Shown: one piece after another, positions 11,618 to 23,439 of the stretch
How the letters are laid out: every line of letters begins with the position of its first letter
Numbering within the stretch: the first letter of the stretch is position 1
Source: Selaginella moellendorffii
Lineage: Eukaryota > Plantae > Lycopodiophyta
DNA length: 64,000 nucleotides
Assembly: GCF_000143415.4 (NCBI RefSeq)
Contig: NW_003314262.1
Coordinates: forward strand, 4,772,389 to 4,836,388
Direction: 5' to 3'
Notes under the pieces: model-generated
Told to the model about the DNA's origin: nothing
Databases searched by the model: none
The model's input: the letters and a program-made list of their open reading frames with translations, nothing else
Position numbers and translations under genes: made by a program

Positions 11618-11647
11618 AAACCCTAATATCAATCTAGGGTTTAGGGA
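11618..11647. promoter_or_regulatory. telo-box motifs (AAACCCTAA / TAGGGTTTAGGG) abutting PPR start codon
   Basis: cat-aaaccctaa-tatcaatc-tagggtttaggg. Confidence 0.6.
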
Positions 11648-13506
11648 ATTTTGAGAATGTACTAAGGCGCTGAGATCCACTTGATTCTTCCACATTTTCC
11701 TTCTCTCTTCCTTTTTTTTGTCTTAGCTTTCACATACTAACAAGGAAATCAATTAAGATAGCAAACACTGGGGATTTTTTCCTGGAATATAAGGTTTTAC
11801 AAAAATCTTCCTTTGTGTTTAATGTTAAGTGTGCAACTATAATATATAAGATGAACAAAATAACAATAAAAATAATCATATACTTAAGGGTTAGAAGAAG
11901 ATATTTAATTTGAAGTTTCATGTAAAATAATCAAATACTTCCCATAATGATAAATTAAAAATATATTAGTTTATTTTTGGCACAATTCTACAATTTAATG
12001 ATTATATAGATTTAGTAATTTGTGATCCAAGTTGTCAACTGTCAAAAGAACATTCTACAACTCTAATGGATGTCCTGGATATCACAAAGTGCAATCTTTA
12101 AAGCTTGAAATAGTTGTTGAGAAAGCTTCAGATTGTGCTCAAACTTACATCCTAATTGGGAAACCAATTTGAGCAAGTTGAAAAGCCCTGAGATCATTAT
12201 ATATGGAAGCTATAGAGTATGAGTTGATCGATAGTGTTATCACTAAGAACCTATGCCCACTATGCCCAAGAAAAAAATTGAGAGAATTTTTACAACTCCT
12301 CCAGAAAAACTTGGTGTTAATTAATCTATTAGTAATTCAAAGAAGAACAATAAATAGAAGTGCTTTCATTTACTTCAGCATTACCTTTCAAAAGATTTCA
12401 TTGTAGGGAATTTAAGGAACCAAAAGCTTCATAAGGTTCACTTCCACATCTAGAACAAAAGATAAGAAAATTTCAATTCAATTCAAGTGACTTTGAATTC
12501 TATCTAGGAAGGATACATATGTAGAGAGAAGCTTAGACTTCCAGGTTGGCTTCTTCTTTCCTGTTGTGGAACAAATACTTACACAATATCACAATCTTCA
12601 TGGTAGCACTCATTTGTTTTCCAGTTTTCAGTTGACCCTTGACCACAATGGATCATGGATTCAGCTCACAATATAAATCGTCACAATGGAAACACTATAT
12701 AAAAAAAAGAGCTTTTTCTTTTCTTGTGTAAGGGGAAAGGCCTTATTAGAGATCCTAATATCATAGCCAAAGAGAAGCCCTCCACCATAGGCAAGGACAA
12801 TATGGATGGTAATCTATTTTGAATCCATGCACAAACTTCTGTTCCTTTAAAAGAGAAGAAAAAATGTATTCATATTGTCATACCTTTGGGTCCAAGGAGT
12901 TGAGAAGTTTTTCTTTCAAGCCTGAAAGACACAACAATGGGAAACTAAAATTATGCACCTAAATTTACTTGGTGTTTAAATTTTTTAATAAATTATAAAT
13001 ATATTTATAATTTAATCTGGTTATAGGACATATGAAGGTGTTTAAGAAATTTTATTAAATTTAAACATATTTAAAGTTTATAAAAAAGAATATACTAGAA
13101 TATCTAAGCATATTCTAGGTATATCCATCATTACTACCAAAAATCAAAAGCCACATTATTACAAAATTACAGTAATATACTAAAATCAAAATGACACAAA
13201 TTTTATTATTAATAAATTTATAAAAATAAAATAATTTGTTTATAATAAATATAAATTTAAAAAAGCTTATGAACAATACTAAGTATTAGGTTTTGGAATT
13301 ATCTTACCATAAATATAATACTAATTTGTTTTTTAAATTTCATAAGACTAGTTCAAACATTTGTTAACTTGTCATTAACTCAAGCTGATTTTCCCAATAT
13401 CATTTTTGTATTTTAGTAGTTAAGAAATAAATAATATATTTATTTTAAATTTAATATTTAGCTTTAAAAGTAAATTAAAATTTCAATTTTAATTACCTTT
13501 TAAAAA

Positions 13507-14400
13507 ATGAAGAATATAATTATCTTAGTTCATGTGTTATATTATGTTAGTATTATTAAATCACAAATAGATCATGGAGAAGAAAATGCAATGTCAGAAG
13601 AAAGTGCTAAACTAATTATATATGCAATGGAATTAATGATTAATAATACATCTTCTGATGAATTGCCAAAAGGTCAAAGTATGAATTTTGAATTTACATT
13701 ACAAGATGAAATACATGGTCATTTAAATATTGTTACTGAGATGTGGATTTATGGTACAAAAGGAAAATCTTTTCCTTTGTGTGTAGCTGATCAAGAAAAT
13801 CCTGAATATGATCATGGAGATAATGTTAAAAGATATTTTACAACATTATTAAATTCCCATCGTAATACTATAAGAAGATTATGTGCATCATTTTTTACTA
13901 TGGTACTTGAGTATTATGCAATTCAATATACTATTACAAATTACAAAAATCATAATCCCCAATTACTATTTCCTCAAGTAGATTCTTTAGGTGTTTGTAG
14001 AATTTATCTTACTACATTAGTAAGCATTATGCCATATTATTACCTGAGATCAACACAATTTTTAGTATCACCAAATCATAAAGCAATTTTATATTTACAT
14101 ATAAATTGTAAATTAGTACTTTATGTATATAACATTGAGAAATGGTCTAAGAAAGGATATGAAAGTGATAGTAAGTGTCAATTAAGAATACAATTAGATG
14201 GAAATTTAGTATTTTACTCAGGAAATAAAAATGTTATTTGGTCTCCAAATACATACTGCAAATATAAAAATTGCATGATGAACACATTTTTATCCCTTCG
14301 AAGTAACTGTAACTTAGTATTATATAAATCTAATCAAAAAAGGTTTTCTAAATATCCAATGATTACACCAATGTGGTGGACAAATTTAAAATCTTGCTAA
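13507..14400 (+). CDS. secreted protein with C-terminal bulb-type (GNA/B-) lectin domain; intronless, very AT-rich
   Basis: Intact 297-aa ORF with a hydrophobic N-terminus (MKNIIILVHVLYYVSIIKS). Three beta-prism II subdomain motifs: LHINCKLVLY, RIQLDGNLVFY (QxDxNxVxY) and LRSNCNLVLY, plus VIWSPNT and PMWWTN. AATAAA follows the stop. Confidence 0.75.
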   Translation: MKNIIILVHVLYYVSIIKSQIDHGEENAMSEESAKLIIYAMELMINNTSSDELPKGQSMNFEFTLQDEIHGHLNIVTEMWIYGTKGKSFPLCVADQENPEYDHGDNVKRYFTTLLNSHRNTIRRLCASFFTMVLEYYAIQYTITNYKNHNPQLLFPQVDSLGVCRIYLTTLVSIMPYYYLRSTQFLVSPNHKAILYLHINCKLVLYVYNIEKWSKKGYESDSKCQLRIQLDGNLVFYSGNKNVIWSPNTYCKYKNCMMNTFLSLRSNCNLVLYKSNQKRFSKYPMITPMWWTNLKSC

Positions 14401-14799
14401 CCATGACATGTCTAAATTTCTATTGAATAAAAAATCGTATAAAAAATATAAATAATATTGATACACAACCGTTCAATCTATAGGGTACATTTTTATTACT
14501 ATTAAACTTAGATGCTTTATTTAGTTATCAGCAAACTGTTAGGACGTTTTGGAGTGCAAGCAGTCTGTGTATATCGAGAGTCTCTTGGCACTAGTTGCCA
14601 TTCATGAGTGTTACCTTCTAAATTTAGATTTTAATTTTCTTGTCAACTTTTCCTAGGCTCATGTTTTCCTTTCTAAAGCTAAACATGAGTTGTTTAACCT
14701 GGTGAACATGAAGCTTGTAATCTGGATTTTGAATACTTACAACCGCCAATGGATACAATATGTTTCCTCTGTGTGGCTGATGTGAAATCTTGTGCTTTT

Positions 14800-15270
14800 G
14801 ATTATTTATATTGCTTTCTCTTATCATAAATATTTTTTTCTGAACTTCAGGCAATCCATAATAATTATTTAAACTATTAATAACATATTCTATTGTTATT
14901 TTTCATAATTTATAGACAATATCAACGATTTAATAATTTAAGAATGATGATATGTCAGCCTATCTTGAGGCACATATCTTTTGAAGAGGGAGAGAAAAAC
15001 CAATTGTGAGAATAACAATACTGATCTCCTGCCATTATGATTATCTATATTGCTTGCTCTTTTAACATAAATATTTTTTTATAAACGTCAGCAATAAATA
15101 ACAATTATCTGAATTATTTATACATATTCTATTGTTATTTTTCATAATTTGTAGACAGTATCATCAACCTAATTGAAGAACAATGATATGTTAGCCTATC
15201 TTGAGGCACGTATCTTTTGAAGTGAGAGAGAACAAAAATTATAAGAATAACAATATTGACCTCCTGCTCT
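14800..15270. repeat. tandem direct repeat, 2 copies of ~240 bp
   Basis: catattctattgttatttttcataattt, agcctatcttgaggcac(a/g)tatcttttgaag and gaataacaata(c/t)tga.ctcctgc each occur twice ~240 bp apart. Confidence 0.9.
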
Positions 15271-16099
15271 CATAGCAGTAAGAAAAAATATCCAAAAGGA
15301 TTTGCTGATAAATATTTTTCAATAATCATAAGCACATTCATGACAGAAGCCAAAATGAGAAAAAAAACATGTGCAATCCAATCAAACAACCTTTAATTAG
15401 ACTTGACATTCTTGTTTTTTAAAACCATAAGTGTTACATCCACTATATGATCTTGAGGGTGAGCACAGACATGAAGACATCATTTCCAAAAGTGGTTTGT
15501 ATTACTACAATATATGTAGTGGTGGTTCATGATTTAACATCATCATTCAACATCAGAAAGATGCTGTCAATATATAGCTCTAATCTTCATTCAAATTGCA
15601 CTTTGTTTATATGTTGGTTGCTCAAAGATTAGGGCTATTGGATGAGGAACAAATGGTTGATGATGATAATCAAATTGACATTCCTGCAATTAAATATCAT
15701 AGTAAACAATAAAATTAATAACAATCTTGAGAAAGTATGAAATCTTTGACATCCTCATGAATGCCCCGTACACGTCGTGCCCCGGACATGTCCGGCCTCG
15801 GATTTATCTGGCCTTGGATACATCTGAGTTTTATTTTAACACGTGGCATGGCCTTTGGTTTGATCTCATAGAGTTTTATGGTTTTCAATGTGTGCCACAT
15901 TGACACATGGCATGCACTTTGGTTTGTGCTCTTTGGCTTTTTCTCATAGTTAGAGTTTAGTGTCCTTGACCTTGTATGCCATGTGACATACATATGTTTG
16001 GACTTGCTTGCTATGCCACGTGGTGACAATCACAACACATTCTTTGTGACTTATATCCTAAAGGCAGAAATGTTCTTTGTAAATACCTAAATACTAAGA

Positions 16100-19000
16100 A
16101 TATTTTGATACTCAGAATATTACCTCTCCTTGTAGGGATTGGCATTTGCATGAGCATACAAACACAAGAACAAGAGAGGGTTGAGGCTAGAGCCTCAACA
16201 AGTGGTGACTCCATTGGAGATGAGAATTGATTTAAAACAAGAATCCGTAAGAACAAGAAAAACTATGCTAAGAACCAAGATCCTAGGGTTCAAAAGCGAT
16301 GGTGAATCCATCCACACCTCCTAGGTCATGCCACACTCCTACTTGACCATTGGAAACTGAGAAATGGATTCCTAGGGTTCTACATATAGTTTAGGTCCAA
16401 AGCTCTCATAGAAGTGCTGTTCTTGGACCTCATACAGTGCCTCACCCTTATAGAAGCTTTCTCATCTTTATTACGAGCTAGATTCCTACACTATAATCTC
16501 AGCAAGAGGGTTCACTTAACAACAGTAACCTATTCATTTTCTAATATAAACTCTTCATTAAAAACTGTTTGTAAAAAACTAGACCACTAGCAATAGCAGA
16601 AAATCAAGAAGATTGATGCAGTCTTTGTTGCCACCACCCTCATTGCCACTTGCCACACCATCCATATTTTACAATGAGCAATGAAGCTGCCCCTCTTTGA
16701 GCTAGATGTGGGGATCTTAATGGATAACCACATAGCTGCATTCTTATCATATTGCTTCAACAACCATGTCCTAAATGACCTTGGTAAGCTTGAAGTGTTC
16801 TCTCAATCCATGTGCAGCTGAGCATGATGCTGGGTGGTTGCATTGGAGCCAAAAGAGAAGTAGGACTTTAAGTCACTACTCACGTCCTTCCAAAGCATAT
16901 TCTCTCATGAGATCCAGTAGCTCATGCAAGATTTTTTTAGGTTCTGGTAAGGTGCAAATGAATCACTCTTCAATTATACCACTTGATTCAAAGATTTTTG
17001 AAAAATTTGCTTGGACCAAAAGACCATAAAGGAGGAGGCAATTGGTGTCTTAGCTTACATCCAGCGCTGTGTTGAAAAGCGCTGGATGGAGTTTTTTGTT
17101 GTATCTCCTGGTGCAAGTAAGACGTTTTAGTGTGCTGGATCAAGCAAAAAAAAACTGGAGTAAATGGCAGCTTGCATGCCATGAGTGAATGTTGATGGTG
17201 CTGCTTCAATAGCTCCTTGCTGAAGAATCTTGTGGTAACTTCTAGATGATGATGGTGTGCCTCTGGATGAGCTGCTGTCAAGGAGGATATAGCTCCAGGT
17301 GGGGACGCTAATAGCATGCTGTATCGTGAGTGTTTGAGTAGCATTCATCACACTAGCATGGATGATGTGTCTCTGCTAGGAGTCTCAGGGCATAGATCTC
17401 CTTTTCAAGCTTGAGCTACTGTTCTTGCTGCTGTTGGAGAAGAGTCTTGTACTCTTTGAACTTAGCAAGTGTAGTTTCCATTGCTGCAAGCATCTACTTA
17501 GATGCTAACTAGACAATCTACTGTGGTGTGATGGTGCAAGCAGCAGTACAAGGATGATCTCCTAAGAGGCCCTGGACATGCTCCTCAGTGAAAGAAACCC
17601 CCAGCTCTCAAAACATCTCTGTCTCAAGCTTGGCAGTGTGAGCATATACATCTTGGCATATTTGATGTCGTCTCTTTACCACTTTTTGCTGCAATCTGGG
17701 TCTTTTGTGAGTAGCTCTAGGAATCGAGTAGCAATTGGAGGAAATGGCTAGAGTGTCCAGCCCAGCTTTTTCTCCCACTATACCAGCACATCTAGTCCAG
17801 GTCATGAGCACAAAGGCATCATCAGATCCTAGAGCATTCATCAAATGCAACTGCAAATTTGTGTGTGTGAAGTGGCTGCAACTTGGCTGGATCTTTATGG
17901 CTTAGATGACACATCCAATGTCTCCATCATGCTAGCAGAGTCAGTGCAGGAAACTAGAGCCAAAGATGGAAGAATTGTTGAGCCAAAGAGGCCAAATTGT
18001 TGATCTTGTCCATTGGAAACATATTGTCACCATTCTTGAGCATATGCTTCAACATTTTTTGAGAATCTTGAATGCGGTGCCCATGATTTGTGAAGAGATT
18101 CTAGAGTGTCCACTGACCTGAAGGAAGGTCTCATGGTAGTAGAGTCTGGTTGAGTAAAGCAAGAGTGACTATGTGGTAGTAAACTTCCTATGGCACACTT
18201 TCCTTGTATGCCACAAGATCCAGATGCTCCTCAGCTACTTGTGCAGCCCCATTGATGGAATACTCACACAAAGAAGTTCCCCATAGGGACTGGCTATTGC
18301 TAGTAGGAATCATGCACATGTGCAGAAATAGGATCGTTGTAGCAGATGCCAGCTGGATGAACATCAACACTTTGTAAGGCTGCTAGATTTTTCCCAATGA
18401 CTGAAAGCGAGTTCTTTTCCTTTAACAACAGCACTTCTCCACCTCCAGGAGCAGCCAACATAGGGAGCGGAGGCACTCCAATCTCACCATAGTATCATTC
18501 GTGCATTCAGATTCTCTCAACACCATGAACTTTGCATCGATGTGCCTAATTTGAGTATGAGTTCAAGTGGCATCTATGGCACTCTACAAGACTCCCTCTC
18601 CCTCCAGAGCATGCTCTATCACAGCCACATTTAGTGGGAGCCAACAACACCGCATTCTTTGCTAGCGGTGACTTATTTTTCACTTTTTCTTTGTTTTTCT
18701 TTTCTTTGTTTTTCTACTTTCTTTCATCTTCTATTTTCTTTCTAGGACAAGGCTCTCTCCTGCAACAAGTTCCAGCCTGGGCTGTGGTCATGAGGTGGCA
18801 TCAATCCCAATCATATGGGAGCTCATTGCATTTTCTTGACTCTGTCTCTATTTGTTTCTAGGTTCTTTTCATTCCCTTCAATCCACACTCTATTCTATTT
18901 CCATTCAATCAAAGTTACAAAATCATCCCTCAATCACATCCTACATCATTGCCCATACCACAATCTAGATGCTGAATTTAAATCGTTCTAATTTTCTCTA

Positions 19001-19470
19001 TATGACATCAGTCTTTTATTAGATATCTTTTAATGGCCATTCTAAGCTATTATTAGCAGTAGCAATCAGAAGGTTCAGATAAGCAAGTCTTATGCGATTG
19101 GAAGGAGTCCTATAGAGTGCCCTAAGTGCCACTAGAACTCATATTCAGATTTTCACATTGATGCAAAGTTTGTAGTGTCGAGAGAATTCTGAATGTACAA
19201 ACAATGCTGCTGTGAGATTTGGAGTGCCTTGGTTCTTTGTGCTGGCTGCTCCTAGAGGTAGAAAAGTGATGTTGTCAAAGGAAAGACTCATCTTAGTCGC
19301 TGGGAGAAATCTGGCAGCCTTACAAAGTGTTAATGTCCTCAAATGTAGTTGCGGATTTGTGTGTGCAAAGTTGCTGCAACTTGGCTAAATCTTTGTGGCC
19401 TAGAAGACACGTCCAAAGTCTCCATCATGATAGGAGAGTCAATGCTAGAAACCGGAGCAAAAGATGGTTT
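16100..19470. mobile_element. decayed repetitive coding-like sequence with an internal duplication
   Basis: tttgtgtgtg..aagt.gctgcaacttggct..atcttt.tggc.taga.gacac.tccaa.gtctccatcatg..ag.agagtca.tgc..gaaac..gagc.aaagatgg occurs at ~17858-17970 and ~19356-19468. No intact ORF; TE origin inferred from context. Confidence 0.45.
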
Positions 19471-19499
19471 TAGCTTAGATGAAATTATGGTTTAAATGA

Positions 19500-20330
19500 T
19501 ATTGGATTATCAATGAGATAATGAAAATGAACATAACTTTAGCATAAAAGCCTAAAACATTGGTGGTACATTTGTGGTTGCTTCCAACATATTTATTGGA
19601 GCCAAAGCAAAGCCAAAGATGGTTTCTAGTTAAGACGGGATTATGGTATAGATGATATATTTAAAGGATGAGTTGATTAGGTTAAGGCAAACAAGAATCA
19701 TTCAAGAATATGTAAATGCATTTACAGCCAAAAGGATTAGATATGGGTGACATAAATGTTTTCTATGTATTCATTTCAGCTTCCTTTGCATACACGTGGC
19801 ATTAAATTTAGGGTAAAGTGATACATTGGAACTCTACAAATTACAAGGAGACATTAGATATCAATACATATAAAGGGAATTCAGTTGGGTTCAAGTCCAT
19901 ATTTAGAAAAAAATTCAAACCTACAATAACATATTAAAAGAGGAAATTTAAAAGGAGTTTCTTTAAGAATGAGCCCTTAGCCTTTTAGAGAAGCATCTCG
20001 GACTTCATCTCAGGTCCATCTCTAACTCTATCTCAGAATCCATCTTAGGTTCATATCGGGTCCATCTAAGTAGTCTAGAGAATAATTAATGTTACCATTG
20101 CAATAAAATTGGTCATTTTGCGAGAGAATATTCATACTCAAACAGTTAATATGACCATTAAAATAGCTGAACTCATAATTAAGGTGTGTGACCTAGTCCT
20201 TAACTCAAAGTTACATAAGTAATTTTGGTAGAGTCGCTTGCAACATATACTAACTCTTTAAGAGAAGCTTAGAGGTAATTTTATTAATATTCTTATTGAT
20301 ATTAGTGTATAGTTGTAGACTACTAATACA
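19500..20330 (+). mobile_element. Ty3/gypsy gag-protease remnant
   Basis: LRQTRIIQEYVNAFTAKR (retrotransposon gag motif) at ~19682; zinc knuckle CYHCNKIGHFAREY at 20090-20131 (last Cys TGT->TAT); protease-like LRGNFINILID at ~20268. Confidence 0.7.
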
Positions 20331-20729
20331 ATTGTTAAAGTATGACACCTTAATCCTCCTTCTCCCTATGGCTCTACTCACATCTGGTCCCACGAGAGCA
20401 AAATATCAAGGACTCCACACTTTGTACCTTGAGCTAGAGCATAGAGAGAGAGAGAGCTTAGAAATATTCTAAGAATCAGATTATTTTATCTCTCTTAAGA
20501 TGCCCATGGTTGCAACATGTGACCACAATGGATCACCACAAACTCGGATGTGGCAAGAATCCATGACCAAGTTGAATAAGTTTGATGCTAAGAGCTAGTA
20601 ACTGTTGCAAATGATAGAAATAGAAAAAAGACATTATACATACATTCTTCAATAGGGATCGGGGGGGGGCTATAAGGGGTTTCAAACATATAGTAGGGTT
20701 AGTGGGTAGCTTGGGTCTAAGTCCAAGTT

Positions 20730-21085
20730 CTATATTATATTAGTTGGTAGAGTACTCATATCCTTGCGTTAGGATGCTGAAATAGTGCCAAACTCTATTT
20801 GGCTCCATTTTGCTTACTAGTTCTAGCATTAGGATGTTAGATGCTCTACAATTGCTCCAAATCACTCAGCACCTCTATTCTTTTGCTCATTAAGTTGTAT
20901 ACTTAGAAGTTATTTTATGCTCCACTTTCTTCAATGCTTTGGAGTTTGGCTTTGTCCCTTCATTCAGTGGCCGAATGCTCTAAAACTTGGGTTTTGCTCT
21001 ATTATCCTTGGACACGTGGTATGTGATATATGGCATATGGAGGGTTTAGGTTCCATTTCATGATTATCCTATGATAAATAACAAC
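20730..21085 (-). repeat. dispersed repeat (LTR-like fragment), inverted relative to 48445-48830
   Basis: Reverse complement aligns colinearly with 48445-48830, including exact acatcctaatgctagaacta and near-exact taaaccctc.atatgccatat, ccaagga.aatagag and accaactaatat. Confidence 0.85.
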
Positions 21086-22021
21086 AAAGAGTAAAAAGCA
21101 TTTGCAATATAATGCTAAAGTTAGGAAAAATGACAAAGAGAGGAAAAAAAGGAAAAAGAAGAAAAAAAGAAAAGGGAAAACAAGATATAAACTTGGACTT
21201 CAGCCTTGTAAGTTTCCACACCTCTAAAAAACATTTTGAACATGCCTAACTCATCCTCTAAAGTTTCATGGAAGAAAGTGAAGTGAAGTGAATATATTGC
21301 ATAATGAGTATATGCGAAAAGAGATGAAAATTGTATGACAAGATAGATGGAATGGAAGCCATGTTGTGATAGATGGTAAAGAAGAGGACCATGTGTAATA
21401 TGATGTAGCAAGACTAGAAGTAGTAGCCAATATTCTATCCGGATTTTATATAGAGCGTGCTGCAACTTAGGATAATTTTTTGACATTCAAAAAGTTTAAT
21501 TTCTATTGTATTGTATTGTTGAAAGTTTGCTTGATAGAGTGATGTTGAAAGATCCCAAGTACCATATGTGTATAGTGTGGAAAGGATGAAAAATAGAGAT
21601 AAGGTATTTGTGATGAAATGCAATGGCTGTAAAAGGGAATAAATGTAAGTGGATGGGAATGAAGAGGAGGATGTGCTACTAAAAGTGATAGGGATAGAAC
21701 CTAAGAACAAAGGGAAAAAGCTGGGAAATGAATGAAATCTTGGAAAAGTGGAGTTAAGGCCACTCCAAAGCTAGAATATAAGTTTGAGCTTGCATCTATA
21801 AGAGAAGGTTGCCTAGAAAGATGGAAAAACAAGTGAAAAAAAAGAAGTAAAGAAAAGAAAACTGAAAAACCAAAGAGAGGAGAGATTTCACCACAAGTGA
21901 AGATGGTAGTGAATTAAGCTTTTCCTGAGTGTGTTCATGAGGAAGTTTGCCTCTAGAGGACAAAGGGAATCCTGGAGAATGCCCTAGATTCCACAAAAAG
22001 TCAAGTTGAAGTTAGGCATAA

Positions 22022-22254
22022 TGTTATGATCCAGCGCAAAAAGACAAAGATCTAGTTGCCCTAGACTATGCTACGCCACCTCTTGAGGTTCCTCACCACC
22101 CAACCACCCCCGAGCTACCTCAAAAGCTCCATTGCGCCGCCGCTCCACTGTGATCCCTAGGGTAGGTTAAGTCCCTTACCCTAACATGCCTTAATATACC
22201 CTTGAGCCTCCCTTTGACCGAAGTTGACCACGTAGTCAAAGCTGGTGCCTAACA
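22022..22254. mobile_element. solo-LTR-like 233 bp insert (TGTTA...TAACA)
   Basis: GC-richer, CpG-retaining block with TGTTA/TAACA inverted ends inside decayed DNA. Flanking 5-mers (cataa / caatg) do not form a clean TSD. Confidence 0.45.
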
Positions 22255-23439
22255 CAATGATCCAAAGCTTGTGATGTCAAGAGAGTCTGGGATTGCAAGA
22301 GACATCAATATAAGACTTTGAGTATGATGTCTAGTTGTGCTGGCTGCTCTTGGATGTGGAATGTTGGTGCTTCTGAAGAGGAGAAAGTCACCTTGAGTGT
22401 TTGTAGAAGTCTAGTGGGAGAACAAAGTGTCAATGCATAGGAAAGCTACTGTGACAGTGGTTGAATTGGATCTCCATGATGAGAATGGTGTTTGTGAAGG
22501 CCCCATACTTAAGGACACCATAGTGAGAATTGGAGATGAAATGAAGAAACCTAAAGCTGTATGACTATGTGATGCCATGTTAAAGCGATTGAATGGTGAC
22601 TCCAAGGTGATGTGGAGCTGCTGCAGACTGAAGAAGGCTCCTTTGAGTGTTGTAGAAGTCATAAAAAGACTCCTAAGTGTGGCAAATAGGTTGGAGTTGT
22701 GTTGCCATAACTTTGAGGGATGTGCCACATTGTGCTCCATAGCTAGCATGTGCCATATCCAAATGGTGTTGTGAGTGGCTTAGATCCTTGAGTGAGGCTC
22801 TTTGCTAGTGAGGAAAAAGATTTAGAGCTAAGATAGTAGATTGAGTGGTGATAAGAGTGTTGTCCATCAAGCTTGTGGGGATCCATGATAAAGTACATGG
22901 ATTTGTGAGTGTGTCTTAGAAAGGTGAAGTTAGTAAACATGGTGGATATGAGGTCCAAATAAAGGACTCTAGAAAGTTAGAATCTCCTCAGCAGGCCACT
23001 TGTTAGGAATTGTGTGATCCATGTTGTTCAATTTGTGTGGTTGAAGGAGATTCTGCCATGAGTGTGGAGGCTAGTGTCTTTGAGTTCCCAAAGTCTCTTG
23101 ATCACTGAAAGTCATGGCCATGACTACTGAAACACCAACAATGTAATCACCCTCAATCACTACTTTCATGTTGTCCTTAACTCCAAGCTCGGCTAAAATT
23201 TCATCTGCTGTTGTTGAGAAGGCTATGAACTCCTATGAAGCTTGGTCCTCAAATAAAGAGGTTGAGAAGTTGGTCATTACCGGTAGGAAAGATCACCACC
23301 TTTTGCTGCCATGAGCTGTGGAATGGAGCAAGGAGAAGAGCTGCATAGGATTGGCATGTGGCTGGATAAGAGCCTCCTCTTGAACCGTTGGAAGTGCCCA
23401 TGGCAAAACAGTCTAATCAAGTTTTCTCACCATGGGGAT

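Noticed and set aside
12000-12950. Coding-like decayed stretch
   Set aside because: Many stops and no recognisable motif; no call can be supported.
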